Shown: positions 1 through 10,260, counted from the first letter of the stretch. The stretch is 64,000 nucleotides of DNA from an uncultured delta proteobacterium (GCA_963848135.1 CAWKCK010000002.1:124001-188000), one strand, 5' to 3'. Numbers and translations are program-made. The notes: a model not told the origin generated them from the letters alone.

Positions 1-183
1 AATAAAGAGGGCAGCGCCGTCGACATGTTGAATCTTTTCAAAGAAAGAACCACACCGATTGGGTCCAAGGCCAAGCAGGAAAACCCGGACCTGATCGAAC
101 GGGGCATTTTCGTTCAGAGTTTGCGGCCGGAATACTGTGAGGAATACGACAAGGTCATCGAGCGGGCGACAGGGGGGCAGTGA
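1..183 (+). CDS. korB: 2-oxoacid:ferredoxin oxidoreductase beta subunit, C-terminal part (5' end outside window)
   Basis: Frame 1 open to TGA 181-183 (...LIERGIFVQSLRPEYCEEYDKVIERATGGQ*), directly upstream of the gamma subunit. Confidence 0.75.
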   Translation, partial: NKEGSAVDMLNLFKERTTPIGSKAKQENPDLIERGIFVQSLRPEYCEEYDKVIERATGGQ

Positions 184-185
184 TC

Positions 186-728
186 ATGGAAAGATGCAGA
201 ATGGTATTTTCAGGCTCCGGCGGGCAGGGCGTCATCACCGCTGCGATAATTATTGCCGAGGCGGCCGTCCTTTATGAGAATCTGAACGCCGTGCAGTCGC
301 AATCATACGGTGCAGCAGCCAGGGGCGGTTCTACCCGCAGTGATATTATTGTTTCCGATGCCGATATCCACTTTCCCAAGGTCATTCAACCCAACGTACT
401 GGTATGCCTGACTCAAGAGGCATATAGTGCCTACTACGCCATCATTCGTCCCGGCGGTTTGCTGCTGACTGACACGCGCTACGTGAAAACCGCCAAGAAA
501 GTCGATGCCCGTCAGGTCGAATTGCCCATTTACCGCAAAGTGGTCGAGGAAATCGGTAAACCGGTCGTATTCAATATATGCATGCTGGGTGCGGTGGTGG
601 CCTTGACGCAACTCGTCAAACCTGAATCGATCTTACAGGTGCTCGAAAAACGGATACCGCCAGGATTCATCGAGATGAATCGGCGCGCCTTAGAACTGGG
701 TCTGGAAATTGGCCGGCAAACCGGATGA
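186..728 (+). CDS. korC: 2-oxoacid:ferredoxin oxidoreductase gamma subunit
   Basis: GSGGQG, QSQSYGAAARGG and N(I)CMLGA motifs; ATG at 186; substrate specificity cannot be determined. Confidence 0.9.
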   Translation: MERCRMVFSGSGGQGVITAAIIIAEAAVLYENLNAVQSQSYGAAARGGSTRSDIIVSDADIHFPKVIQPNVLVCLTQEAYSAYYAIIRPGGLLLTDTRYVKTAKKVDARQVELPIYRKVVEEIGKPVVFNICMLGAVVALTQLVKPESILQVLEKRIPPGFIEMNRRALELGLEIGRQTG

Positions 729-812
729 TATCGGGCGTGTGGTAGAAAGACGTTGGGTGACGAATACCAGAATGACTCCCGGAAAAGCCGGAGGAATGGG
801 TTGTGAACCGTT

Positions 813-854
813 CACGGCGGTCTTTTAAACCATTGTTGCGGGCAACCCGCCGTG
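813..854. terminator. Inverted repeat/stem-loop between convergent genes
   Basis: CACGGCGG (813-820) pairs with CCGCCGTG (847-854); inner GTTGC/GCAAC; T-run follows shortly after. Confidence 0.4.
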
Positions 855-887
855 GTCCTTGAGGGTTTTTTGTGGAAAACAGCCTTT

Positions 888-2315
888 CTAAAGTAAATTC
901 CGAACGGCCCTGACATAAAAATATGCACTGAAGTCCTGCCAGGCGACGAATCCTAGGTCGCTGCTGACGAACCAGGCGGCGGTGAACGACCGCCGATCGC
1001 AGCTCCAAATCCACGTCTGTTCAGGGTCGAATATCGGTTCAATGCAGTGCTCATTTCCGGTGGGGAGCCCTGTCAAAAGGGTCATGAGCTCCGTTATGGT
1101 GGGCAAGCGCCAGTCGGATTGCCCGGCGAAACTTTCTGCATTGATCTGATCGATGTAATTTCCGGCATGCCGCCAACTCATTGGAAACGCCGAGCCTGCC
1201 TGTTGCCACATGAGTCCGCTGGCGGCATCGATTATCGTTTTATTCCGATTGATCTTGAAATCATTGTTACAATAGACCAGGGGGCGCCAGAGCCGATCGA
1301 CAGCCAGTAGTTCCCGTGCTGATCGCGGGTCGACCTTGATGCAATGGCTGCGGAGCTGAACCGCCTCCGATACGGCTGAGCTTTGCGAACGATCGACGCT
1401 AACCGCCGGCGTAATACAGAAGTCTTTTTTCTTGTTCTGCCAGTCACGCTCGAGTTCTTCCAGGGCGAGGAGCATATCAGTGGCCGAAGAAAAACGATCA
1501 TTCGCGTTATGCGCGATCGCCCGATAGATAAAATCATCCCATGATTGGTCCAGATCGGCATTGAAGGTGGTTACCGGATGGTAATCTTCAGCAGGCAAGA
1601 CACCGGTCAGCATACGGTAGAAAGTCACTCCCACGGAATAGAGGTCGGCGGTGGAAGTGACCTGGTCCGGGTCGGTTTCCTGTTCCGGAGCCGCATACCA
1701 GGGCGAACCGACTTTTAGGGTCGCTGGTCCGGCGAATTTTTCTCCGCGTAACTTGGAAAGACCGAAGTCACAAATTTTGACAATGTCCTGATCGGTGATC
1801 AGCAGATTGAAAGGTTTTATATCACGATGAATGATACCGGCGTAATGCAGGCAGGTGAGGCCCTGGAGAGTATGCCGAGTGTAATGAATGGCCTTATCGA
1901 TGCTAATCTGCCGAGAAGGTTCATCGGGGCGGTGACTCTCTCCTATCAGAACACCCAGATTATTCACGTGGTAGGCCATCAGGTAGAACGGCCGGCAATT
2001 GGATTCATCGAAATCAATAATCTCGACGACGTTCGGATGACTGAGGCTAGCTAATTTGAGGGCTTCGGCGATAAACATCTCCCTGATCTTCTCCGTGCCT
2101 ATCAAAGAAACGAGCAATGGATCCGGATCCAGAAGTTTGAGGGCAGCGACTTTTCCGATGGTCGGATGTTCGACCTTGAAAACCTTTCCCATAGCCCCCC
2201 GACCAAGAAGGGCGCGTATGATATATTTACCGATGGTTTTCATTTCACCTGACAGCCTAACTGTATCCCGGTCGATCGTGCTGGTAGGCTTTGAGAACAG
2301 GTAGCAATAAGCCAT
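888..2315 (-). CDS. Hanks-type Ser/Thr protein kinase with C-terminal DUF1566 (Lcl-type) domain
   Basis: GRGAMG loop, AALK, HRDIKPFN, DFG, APE; C-terminal D..SGLMWQQ, DWRLPTITEL, YVRAVR. Start may be 2243 (MKTIGKY). Confidence 0.9.
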   Translation of the reverse strand: MAYCYLFSKPTSTIDRDTVRLSGEMKTIGKYIIRALLGRGAMGKVFKVEHPTIGKVAALKLLDPDPLLVSLIGTEKIREMFIAEALKLASLSHPNVVEIIDFDESNCRPFYLMAYHVNNLGVLIGESHRPDEPSRQISIDKAIHYTRHTLQGLTCLHYAGIIHRDIKPFNLLITDQDIVKICDFGLSKLRGEKFAGPATLKVGSPWYAAPEQETDPDQVTSTADLYSVGVTFYRMLTGVLPAEDYHPVTTFNADLDQSWDDFIYRAIAHNANDRFSSATDMLLALEELERDWQNKKKDFCITPAVSVDRSQSSAVSEAVQLRSHCIKVDPRSARELLAVDRLWRPLVYCNNDFKINRNKTIIDAASGLMWQQAGSAFPMSWRHAGNYIDQINAESFAGQSDWRLPTITELMTLLTGLPTGNEHCIEPIFDPEQTWIWSCDRRSFTAAWFVSSDLGFVAWQDFSAYFYVRAVRNLL

Positions 2316-2342
2316 CCCTCCGGCGTTGCCGGGCGCATTGAA

Positions 2343-3068
2343 TCACCACAACCTTTTGGCATGGATTTCCGGCAGGCCTGCGGCAATGATCTTGTCAGCC
2401 GCGGTGGCGATATCGTAGGCGACGAATTTGACGTCGAGTGTGGCGGAATCCCTATCCCATATCACGTATTTGGCATTGTTGTTACCGTCGCGCGGCTGAC
2501 CGACGCTGCCGACGTTTATGGCGTATCGGTGATCGGGGTGAAGGGCGATCGGTCCGGAGTCCAAAGAAGCATCGGTCAGCGTGTGACCATCATAGGCGAT
2601 CATGCTCAGATCATGAGTGTGCCCAAAAAAACAGACACGTTCCGCCAAACTGTCCAGCACCTGCCGTTTGTCATCCGGGGATAACTCAAAGCTGTATGTG
2701 GTAACAGAGTCAGGCGGAAATCCATGCACGAACCGGCAACCGTTGAATACCAAGGCATTGGGAAAACGTTCTATGATATGCAGCGTTTCCTCCGAGAGCA
2801 TTGTTACCGTTTTGAGCAGAGACTCTTTGGCCACGGGGTTGAACCATTCCAGGCGATCCGGTTCGAGCACCGCCTGTTCGTGGTTTCCGAGTGCCGAGGG
2901 GATGCCGTGCTCAGTAAGTGCCCGGATGACCCGTTCCGGTTCAGCGCCATAACCGATACAATCGCCGAGGCATACGACTTTTTTGACCCTCGATTTGTCA
3001 ATATCTTCGAGGACAGCCGTTAGGGCGTCGAAGTTCCCGTGGATGTCAGAGATTACGGCTATCCTCAT
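2343..3068 (-). CDS. Calcineurin-like metallophosphoesterase
   Basis: DIHGN, GDCIGY, GNHE, VHG, GHTH, NVGSVGQPRDG motifs. Confidence 0.92.
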   Translation of the reverse strand: MRIAVISDIHGNFDALTAVLEDIDKSRVKKVVCLGDCIGYGAEPERVIRALTEHGIPSALGNHEQAVLEPDRLEWFNPVAKESLLKTVTMLSEETLHIIERFPNALVFNGCRFVHGFPPDSVTTYSFELSPDDKRQVLDSLAERVCFFGHTHDLSMIAYDGHTLTDASLDSGPIALHPDHRYAINVGSVGQPRDGNNNAKYVIWDRDSATLDVKFVAYDIATAADKIIAAGLPEIHAKRLW

Positions 3069-3127
3069 CTTTGTTCACCCGTTCGAATTCTTATGAGTGG
3101 AACCAAAACCGCATGCGGTGGGTCCGG

Positions 3128-3910
3128 TTATGTCAACTGGAAATACCACGATAGCAATTGGGGACCGAAAAAAATATAGGTTGCGGCGCCGATCGACAGA
3201 AAGGGTCCGAAGGGAACGGCGAGTTTGAGGTTCTGGCGGGTGACGATCATGATGAGCAAACCGGCCAGGGTACCGACAGCAGATGAAACGAAGATGGTAA
3301 AAAACACCCCCTTCCAGCCGACCAAGGCGCCGATCATTGCCAATAGTTTGATGTCTCCACCGCCCATACCCTCCTTATGGGTAAACAGATGGTAAACCAC
3401 GGCCACCACAAACAGGCTACCGCCACCGACCAGAACTCCCAATAGGGAGTCTCTCCACGATACGGATGGTATGGCAAAAGCAGCACTAAAAAATACAACA
3501 ACACCGGGTAGCGTGATACGGTCGGGGATGATGCGATAATCGATGTCGATAAAGGTTATGACGATCAGAACACAAATGAAAACGAAATATACAACAGTTT
3601 CGATCGACAGGCCGAATTTCAGGAAAAGTCCGAGAGAAAACGCTCCGGTGAGCAGTTCAATGAGGGGGTAGCGGAACGAAATGGGTGATTGACACTGGCG
3701 GCATTTACCGCCAAGACTGAGATAACTGAGCAGGGGGATATTGTCGTAGAACCGGATGGCTGATCCGCAACCTGGGCATGCAGACCCGGGGAAAACTATC
3801 GATTTTTGGGCGGGTATGCGGTATATACACACATTGAGAAAACTTCCCACGCACAGACCGAAAATAGCGACCATACCCATCATCAGCATATGAATCATCT
3901 CCTGTGCCAC
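3128..3910 (-). CDS. pilD: Prepilin peptidase/N-methyltransferase
   Basis: GSFLNVCIYR, two CxxC pairs, FIDID, GMGGGDIKL, PFGPFL; true start may be 3889. Confidence 0.95.
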   Translation of the reverse strand: MAQEMIHMLMMGMVAIFGLCVGSFLNVCIYRIPAQKSIVFPGSACPGCGSAIRFYDNIPLLSYLSLGGKCRQCQSPISFRYPLIELLTGAFSLGLFLKFGLSIETVVYFVFICVLIVITFIDIDYRIIPDRITLPGVVVFFSAAFAIPSVSWRDSLLGVLVGGGSLFVVAVVYHLFTHKEGMGGGDIKLLAMIGALVGWKGVFFTIFVSSAVGTLAGLLIMIVTRQNLKLAVPFGPFLSIGAATYIFFGPQLLSWYFQLT

Positions 3911-3967
3911 TGGCTTGCTGGCACGGCTTCATTGAAGGGAGTTTCCATCAGCTCGAAAGAATCTTTA

Positions 3968-3996
3968 AGTATATAGGGTATATAGGGAAAAATCAA
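3968..3996 (-). promoter_or_regulatory. sigma70-type promoter for pilD-phosphoesterase-kinase
   Basis: Minus strand TTGATT-17 nt-TATACT. Confidence 0.5.
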
Positions 3997-4004
3997 GGTT
4001 GTTG

Positions 4005-4032
4005 TTGCCAAAGAGGTAATTTGCGTTATAAT
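4005..4032 (+). promoter_or_regulatory. sigma70-type promoter for lon
   Basis: TTGCCA-16 nt-TATAAT. Confidence 0.55.
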
Positions 4033-4121
4033 ACTGGCTGATCTATCAATGAAAACGTGGTGTTCGATTCGTTGGTCTAACTTTTCGGAGAGTCCGTGCA
4101 CCCGGAACCAAGGAGTTACCG

Positions 4122-6560
4122 ATGGCAGAAACAGACAAGGACGATCTGATCAGCATCCTGGAGGAAGATGATGCTGTGGCGGATATACCGTTAACGCTTC
4201 CGATGATGCCGGTACGCGACATCGTCATCTTTTCCGATATGTTGTTGCCACTTTTTGTCGGACGTGAAAAATCGATTCTGGCTGTGGACGACTCCGTCAT
4301 TAAAGACGGATTCATTTTTCTGGCGACCCAGAAGGAACCCAGTATCGAAAATCCAAAAACCAAAGATATCTATCGCGTGGGTACCGTAGGGCGTGTCCTG
4401 CGGATGCTCAAACTCCCCGACGGTCGTGTCAAAACACTTGTTCAGGGGATTGTCAGGGCAAAAATCGTAAAGTATCTCCGCCAGAAACCGTATTTCAAGG
4501 TCAGGTTGGAACTGATGGAGGAGATGCCGATTAAAGAGATGACGGTTGAAATAGAAGCCTTGATGCGAAACGCCCGCGAACAGACTGAAAAGATCCTGGC
4601 CCTGCGCGGTGAAATGACCGGGGACGTAAGCACCGTGCTGGAAAGTGTCGACCATCCAGGGAAACTCGCCGATCTTGTGGCGACCAACCTGAAGTTGAAG
4701 ATCGATGAATCCCAGCATTTACTCGAAATATCCGACCCCGTCGATCGCCTCAAAACGGTCAACCGCATTTTGATGAAAGAGCTCGAGCTCTCGACCATGC
4801 AAGCCAAGATACAATCCGAGGTCAAGGAAGAGATTTTCAAAAGTCAGCGCGATTATTTTCTGCGGGAACAGGTCCGGGCAATCCATAAAGAACTCGGAGA
4901 GCAGGACGAAAAAGTATTGGAGATCGAGGATTACCGCAAAAAGATCAAACGCGCCAAAATGTCCAAAGAAGCCGAAAGTGAAGCCCGTAAGCAACTTCGA
5001 CGACTCGATCAGATGCATCCTGATTCCGCTGAATCCTCTGTTGTGCGAACCTATTTGGACTGGTTGGTTGAAATGCCCTGGAGCAAAAAAACCAGGGATG
5101 TGATCGATATCAAAGAGGCCAAGAAGACGTTGGACCTGCATCATTACGGCCTGGAACGGATAAAGGATCGCATCCTTGAACATTTGAGCGTCCGCAAACT
5201 CAATCCAGACATGAAAGGACCGATTCTGTGTTTTGTCGGCCCTCCCGGAGTGGGCAAGACATCATTGGGGCAGGCCATTGCACGGGCGTTGAAACGCAAG
5301 TTTATCCGTATTTCCCTGGGCGGTATAAGGGATGAGGCCGAAATCCGTGGACACCGCCGGACCTATATTGGCGCATTGCCGGGACGCATTTTGCAGGGTT
5401 TGAAACAGTGCGGCAGCCGCAACCCGGTTTTCATGATGGATGAAATCGATAAGTTGGGATCGGATTTTCGTGGTGATCCGTCCTCGGCCCTGTTGGAAGC
5501 ACTCGATCCGGAACAAAACAGTGCTTTCAGCGATCACTACCTGAACATGCCCTTTGACCTGTCTCAGGTCATGTTCATTCTGACGGCAAATCTTACCGAC
5601 ACCATCCCTTCCGCTCTCCTGGACAGAATGGAGGTTATCGCTCTGCCTGGTTATACAGAGGAGGAAAAGCGGGTTATCGCGAAAAAACACTTGATTCCGA
5701 GACAGATAAAACAAAACGGCTTGAAATCCAGAGGCCTTTCATTTAGCGCGGCTGCGTTGGAAATGATCATCTCGGAATATACCTCTGAAGCCGGTTTGCG
5801 AAATCTGGAACGTGAATTGGGTTCAATATGTCGTAAAGTGGCCCGTCAAATAGCAGAAGGTCACAAAGGGAAGCTCACCATCGGTCGTCAGAGTCTCCGG
5901 AAGTATCTCGGCGTGGCGAAATATTATCCGGAGATGGATCAGGAAGAAGCCCAGATTGGGCTGGCGACGGGATTGGCCTGGACCCAGGCCGGAGGTGAGG
6001 TCATGTATGTGGAAGCCTCCCTGATTCGCGGTAAGGGTGATCTGATCCTCACCGGACAACTTGGTGACGTCATGCAGGAATCGGCGCGTGCGGCAGTGAG
6101 TTTCTCGCGCGCCAATATCCGAAGTTTTGGCACTAAAGAGAGCATTTTCGATAGCTTCGATACCCACATTCACGTACCGGCAGGGGCGATTCCCAAGGAC
6201 GGACCTTCGGCCGGAATTGCCATGGCCACGGCTCTCATATCAGCAGCCACCGGTAGACCGATTCGAAACGATGTGGCGATGACCGGCGAAATAACCCTCA
6301 GGGGAAGGGTCCTTCCCATAGGGGGACTCAAAGAGAAATCTCTGGGAGCCATCCGTTCAGGAATAAAAACCATCATCATTCCGTTCAAGAACAAGAAAGA
6401 CCTCTTTGAAATCCCGAAAACCGTTCGCCGTAAGGTAAAGTACGTGCCCGTAGAGCGCATGGACGAGGTGCTCACCTATGCCCTCGAAGAGGTCACCCGG
6501 CGGGGTAAAAAACAGAGAAAAAAAGCCTCAGCCCGAAAAACAATTCCGGTTTCGAAATAA
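4122..6560 (+). CDS. lon: ATP-dependent Lon protease
   Basis: Walker A GPPGVGKT, Walker B MMDEIDK, catalytic PKDGPSAG and GGLKEK; SD AAGGAG. Confidence 0.98.
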   Translation: MAETDKDDLISILEEDDAVADIPLTLPMMPVRDIVIFSDMLLPLFVGREKSILAVDDSVIKDGFIFLATQKEPSIENPKTKDIYRVGTVGRVLRMLKLPDGRVKTLVQGIVRAKIVKYLRQKPYFKVRLELMEEMPIKEMTVEIEALMRNAREQTEKILALRGEMTGDVSTVLESVDHPGKLADLVATNLKLKIDESQHLLEISDPVDRLKTVNRILMKELELSTMQAKIQSEVKEEIFKSQRDYFLREQVRAIHKELGEQDEKVLEIEDYRKKIKRAKMSKEAESEARKQLRRLDQMHPDSAESSVVRTYLDWLVEMPWSKKTRDVIDIKEAKKTLDLHHYGLERIKDRILEHLSVRKLNPDMKGPILCFVGPPGVGKTSLGQAIARALKRKFIRISLGGIRDEAEIRGHRRTYIGALPGRILQGLKQCGSRNPVFMMDEIDKLGSDFRGDPSSALLEALDPEQNSAFSDHYLNMPFDLSQVMFILTANLTDTIPSALLDRMEVIALPGYTEEEKRVIAKKHLIPRQIKQNGLKSRGLSFSAAALEMIISEYTSEAGLRNLERELGSICRKVARQIAEGHKGKLTIGRQSLRKYLGVAKYYPEMDQEEAQIGLATGLAWTQAGGEVMYVEASLIRGKGDLILTGQLGDVMQESARAAVSFSRANIRSFGTKESIFDSFDTHIHVPAGAIPKDGPSAGIAMATALISAATGRPIRNDVAMTGEITLRGRVLPIGGLKEKSLGAIRSGIKTIIIPFKNKKDLFEIPKTVRRKVKYVPVERMDEVLTYALEEVTRRGKKQRKKASARKTIPVSK

Positions 6561-6563
6561 TTA

Positions 6564-7265
6564 ATGAAAATTCTTGCCTTCGACACGGCCATGCAAAGCT
6601 GCAGCGTGGCATTGACCGAAGATGCACGCTTACTGGCAGAGGTCAATCTTGTAAACACCGAGACCCATTCGCGCCACTTGCCCGGTTTGATTCGCGATGT
6701 CTGCCGGATGGCGGGATCAACATTGAGTGACATAGACGGATACGCGGTCACCCGCGGCCCCGGGTCATTTACCGGTTTGCGTATCGGAATCAGTACGGCA
6801 CTCGGTCTGGCACAGGCTTCCGGTAAACCAATCGCCGGCGTGTCGACCCTCCATGCGTTGGCGACCCAGGCTGCGGTCCCATCACAACTGGTATGCCCAA
6901 TGATTGACGCCCGGCGTGGAGAGGTATATGTTTCAATTTTAAGGTATACGAAAAACGGCCTTGTTTCTCAGCGCCCCGAGCAGGTTTTGATGCCCAAGAA
7001 TGCGATTGAAACAATCGGCGAACCGTGCATCTTCGTGGGCAGCGGCGCCGCTCTCTATAATGCAAAAATAATAGAAATTTTAGGAGAAACGGCTCATTTT
7101 ACATCGGAAATGAACAACACGATCCGCGCGGCCACGGTGGCCTCGATGGCTCACAAACGGCTTTCCAGGGGTGAGACGGATGATATTATGCATTTTACCC
7201 CGATTTACCTGCGCCGGCCCGATGCTGAAATCAACAATATCGTGCGGCAAAAAGCGAGCGTTTGA
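6564..7265 (+). CDS. tsaB: tRNA threonylcarbamoyladenosine biosynthesis protein TsaB
   Basis: MKILAFDT, GPGSFTGLRIG, IDARRGEVY, PIYLR. Confidence 0.95.
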   Translation: MKILAFDTAMQSCSVALTEDARLLAEVNLVNTETHSRHLPGLIRDVCRMAGSTLSDIDGYAVTRGPGSFTGLRIGISTALGLAQASGKPIAGVSTLHALATQAAVPSQLVCPMIDARRGEVYVSILRYTKNGLVSQRPEQVLMPKNAIETIGEPCIFVGSGAALYNAKIIEILGETAHFTSEMNNTIRAATVASMAHKRLSRGETDDIMHFTPIYLRRPDAEINNIVRQKASV

Positions 7266-7384
7266 TCGACCGGTGCAAAAGATGAGGTGAAATAAAACGG
7301 TAATCGTTGACAATTGCTTGAAATTCCTGTTATTAATAATAGTTTTTCGTACAATTTCTTACGCTGATATGATATCCCCACTGC

Positions 7385-8068
7385 ATGGATCGCGAAGTGA
7401 ATGATTTCGAATGGCCGGATCGTCCGAGCCAAACGGCATTTCCAGTTGCCAAGCCCGGTTACCCCTTCATATTTGCCGGCGCATTCACAACGGCCGTCCT
7501 GGCCTTACTCGGGTTGACCTTTTCAGCACTGTTGGGACTGGGTATTACATTTTTCATTGTCTATTTTTTCAGAGATCCCGACAGAATTGTCCCTAATTCC
7601 GTGGATACAGTGGTCTCGCCGGCTGACGGTAGGGTTATTGCTGTGGAACCGGTTGTAACCACGCCATACTACGATGGCGAATGCAAAAAAGTCAGCATTT
7701 TTATGTCGGTCTTCAATGTGCATGTCAATCGTATCCCGCATGAAGGAACAATCGATTCAATTAGATATTTTCCAGGAAAATTCATCGCTGCCAGCCGTGA
7801 CAAGGCATCGAGCGATAATGAGCGTAATGCCGTCTTTATAGAAACCGACCAGGGTAAGAAAATTACCGCTGTTCAAATAGCCGGCCTGATTGCACGACGA
7901 ATTATTTGTACCGTCCAAAGCGGCGATGTCGTGCGCCGCGGTCAGCGACTTGGCATGATCTGTTTCGGGTCCCGTGTGGACTTGTATTTACCAGGCGATA
8001 CGGTGATCGAAGTTGCGAGTGGCGACCGTGTAAAAGCGGGGGCATCAACAATAGGGATTTTACCATGA
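7385..8068 (+). CDS. psd: Phosphatidylserine decarboxylase proenzyme
   Basis: FFRDPDR, SPADG, FMSVFNVHVNR, FGSR self-cleavage motif. Confidence 0.95.
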   Translation: MDREVNDFEWPDRPSQTAFPVAKPGYPFIFAGAFTTAVLALLGLTFSALLGLGITFFIVYFFRDPDRIVPNSVDTVVSPADGRVIAVEPVVTTPYYDGECKKVSIFMSVFNVHVNRIPHEGTIDSIRYFPGKFIAASRDKASSDNERNAVFIETDQGKKITAVQIAGLIARRIICTVQSGDVVRRGQRLGMICFGSRVDLYLPGDTVIEVASGDRVKAGASTIGILP

Positions 8069-8838
8069 AACGAAAAAAAAAATCGAGAGGTGAGCGCTTA
8101 CGCCGCGGGATTTACATCTTGCCGAATATCTTCACCTCATTGAATATCTTTTTTGGGTTCTATGCGGTCATTGCTTCTATTAACGGTAAATATGTGGCCG
8201 CAGCATTGGCCATTATCATTGCGGCCGTGTTCGACCTGCTGGACGGCAAAATAGCCCGCGCCACCCATACCACCAGCAAATTTGGGGTCGAATACGACTC
8301 TTTGGCGGATCTGGTATCTTTCGGATTGGCGCCTGGTTTGATGATGTATCTGTGGGCATTGAAACCTCTTGGCAGAATCGGCTGGCTGGCCGCATTTTTA
8401 TTTATGGTTTGCGGCGCACTCCGCTTGGCGAGATTCAATTCTCAGGTTGATAAAATCAGCAGCGACCATTTTGTCGGATTACCCATACCCGCTGCTGCAG
8501 GCATGAGTGCCACGACCATGCTTTTATGGCATAAATTCGGCTTCCCGGTTGAATCGAACCGCTTGCTGATTCTCATTATGCTTTATGTCATTGCTTTTTT
8601 GATGGTCAGTAACATCCATTACAACAGCTTTAAGAAGGCCAGTTTGTACCGTAGAATGAATTTCAATGTTCTTGTAGCAGCGGTGCTTGTACTGATATTC
8701 ATAGCGGCCCAACCATCCATCGCCCTATTTTCTCTGTGCCTTACATATGTCATTTCCGGACCGGCAAGCTCTATTTGGCGCTACCGTCGCCGACTCAAGG
8801 CCGGGGAAACTGGTCCCCAAGAGATCGAAGATCACTGA
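8065..8838 (+). CDS. pssA: CDP-diacylglycerol--serine O-phosphatidyltransferase
   Basis: DLLDGKIAR..G.EYDSLADLVSFG, LRLARFN; ATG 8065 overlaps psd stop (ATGA). Confidence 0.95.
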   Translation: MKRKKKSRGERLRRGIYILPNIFTSLNIFFGFYAVIASINGKYVAAALAIIIAAVFDLLDGKIARATHTTSKFGVEYDSLADLVSFGLAPGLMMYLWALKPLGRIGWLAAFLFMVCGALRLARFNSQVDKISSDHFVGLPIPAAAGMSATTMLLWHKFGFPVESNRLLILIMLYVIAFLMVSNIHYNSFKKASLYRRMNFNVLVAAVLVLIFIAAQPSIALFSLCLTYVISGPASSIWRYRRRLKAGETGPQEIEDH

Positions 8839-9198
8839 ACATTTATACATTCCGTTCGTCACATATCCAACCCACGTCATAAAAATGTGACCGGCCATTC
8901 AGCGGGTGCAAATCAATTTGACTTAAGGGAAAGAACATTCTATGAGCTGGAAACCTTTGCCGGAAAATTTCATAATACTTTGCGAGGTTTGAAAAAATTC
9001 CAACACACGTGAAAGTGACGATGATCAAATCAATTTTTCGAAAACCCAAATTGAGCGATTTTCAAGTTTACCGCAGGTGCAAGGAAATTGTCGTTCCGCT
9101 CTAATAAGTAAGTTTGGAAGTGTTGGAGCCAGTTAGAAGTCGGGGTTGATATGCCCAATTTTGTGTGAACCGCTTGAACAATAAGGACAGTGAATAAA

Positions 9199-10221
9199 AT
9201 GGCTCAGAAAGAAATCAACCTGGCGGTGGCCGGTGCCACTGGAGCTGTCGGCAATCAGATGATACGCTGTTTAGAAGAGGCTAACTTTCCGCTGCGATCG
9301 ATTAAATTGCTGGCATCGAGGCGATCCGTGGGTCGCGAACTCAGGTTCAAGGGCGACCTTCTGCCTGTAGAAGAATTGACGGCGGACGCTTTTAAAGGGG
9401 TGGATGTGGCGCTCTTTTCAGCCGGGGGCGATACGAGCTTGAAATATGCTCCGGCAGCTGCGGCGGCAGGATGTGTGGTGGTGGACAACTCAAGTGCTTG
9501 GCGCATGGACCCGGACGTTCCCTTGGTGGTTCCGGAAGTCAATCCACACGCCATTGCCGGATACACGGCCAAAGGCATAATTGCCAACCCGAACTGTTCG
9601 ACCATCCAGATGGTGGTCGCTTTGAATCCGATTCACCGCAAGGTTGGCATCAAGCGGGTTGTGGTGTCGACATATCAGGCAGTGTCCGGAACCGGTAAGA
9701 AAGCCATCGATGAGCTGTTGGACCAGACGCGGGCCATGATCAACTTTTTAGAATACGAGAAAAACGTTTACCCCCACCGCATCGCGTTCAATTGCCTTCC
9801 CCACATCGATCGATTTCAGGAAAATGGCTACACCAAAGAAGAAATGAAAATGGTGCACGAAACCCGTAAAATAATGGAAGACAATACCATCGGGGTGACA
9901 GCGACAACCGTACGGATACCTGTCTTTTTCGCACACTCCGAGGCTGTGAACGTTGAAACCCGGCAACCCATATCCGCTACGGAGGTTCGTACACTGCTCA
10001 AGGACGCACCCGGGATTCAAGTGGTAGATGATCCGGCGAAGAATCTGTACCCATTGGCGATCGATGCGGCCGGGCAGGATTCGACGCTTGTTGGGCGTAT
10101 CCGCCAAGACGAATCGATTCCTAATGCCATAAACATGTGGATCGTTGCCGACAATATTCGCAAGGGTGCGGCAACCAACACGGTTCAGATTGCCGGCATA
10201 TTGGCCAGAGACTACCTATAA
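9199..10221 (+). CDS. asd: Aspartate-semialdehyde dehydrogenase
   Basis: GATGAVG, VVPEVN, NPNCST, QAVSGTG, DNIRKGAATN; alternative GTG start 9190. Confidence 0.97.
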   Translation: MAQKEINLAVAGATGAVGNQMIRCLEEANFPLRSIKLLASRRSVGRELRFKGDLLPVEELTADAFKGVDVALFSAGGDTSLKYAPAAAAAGCVVVDNSSAWRMDPDVPLVVPEVNPHAIAGYTAKGIIANPNCSTIQMVVALNPIHRKVGIKRVVVSTYQAVSGTGKKAIDELLDQTRAMINFLEYEKNVYPHRIAFNCLPHIDRFQENGYTKEEMKMVHETRKIMEDNTIGVTATTVRIPVFFAHSEAVNVETRQPISATEVRTLLKDAPGIQVVDDPAKNLYPLAIDAAGQDSTLVGRIRQDESIPNAINMWIVADNIRKGAATNTVQIAGILARDYL

Positions 10222-10260
10222 AAACCATCGCGATAACTCATTTGACCAGCACGGAGTACT

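Noticed and set aside
801..817. Rex-like operator TTGTGAA...TTCAC
   Set aside because: Spacer is 3 nt rather than 4 and the site lies between gene 3' ends
888..1020. DUF1566 C-terminus as a diversity-generating retroelement target
   Set aside because: No reverse transcriptase and no template-repeat copy noticed in the window; a remote DGR cannot be excluded
8073..8082. A10 tract at the start of pssA as a phase-variation switch
   Set aside because: In frame, encodes a basic Lys run in a housekeeping gene; no sign of variation
8839..9198. Lysine riboswitch in the long asd upstream region
   Set aside because: No L-box consensus elements recognisable
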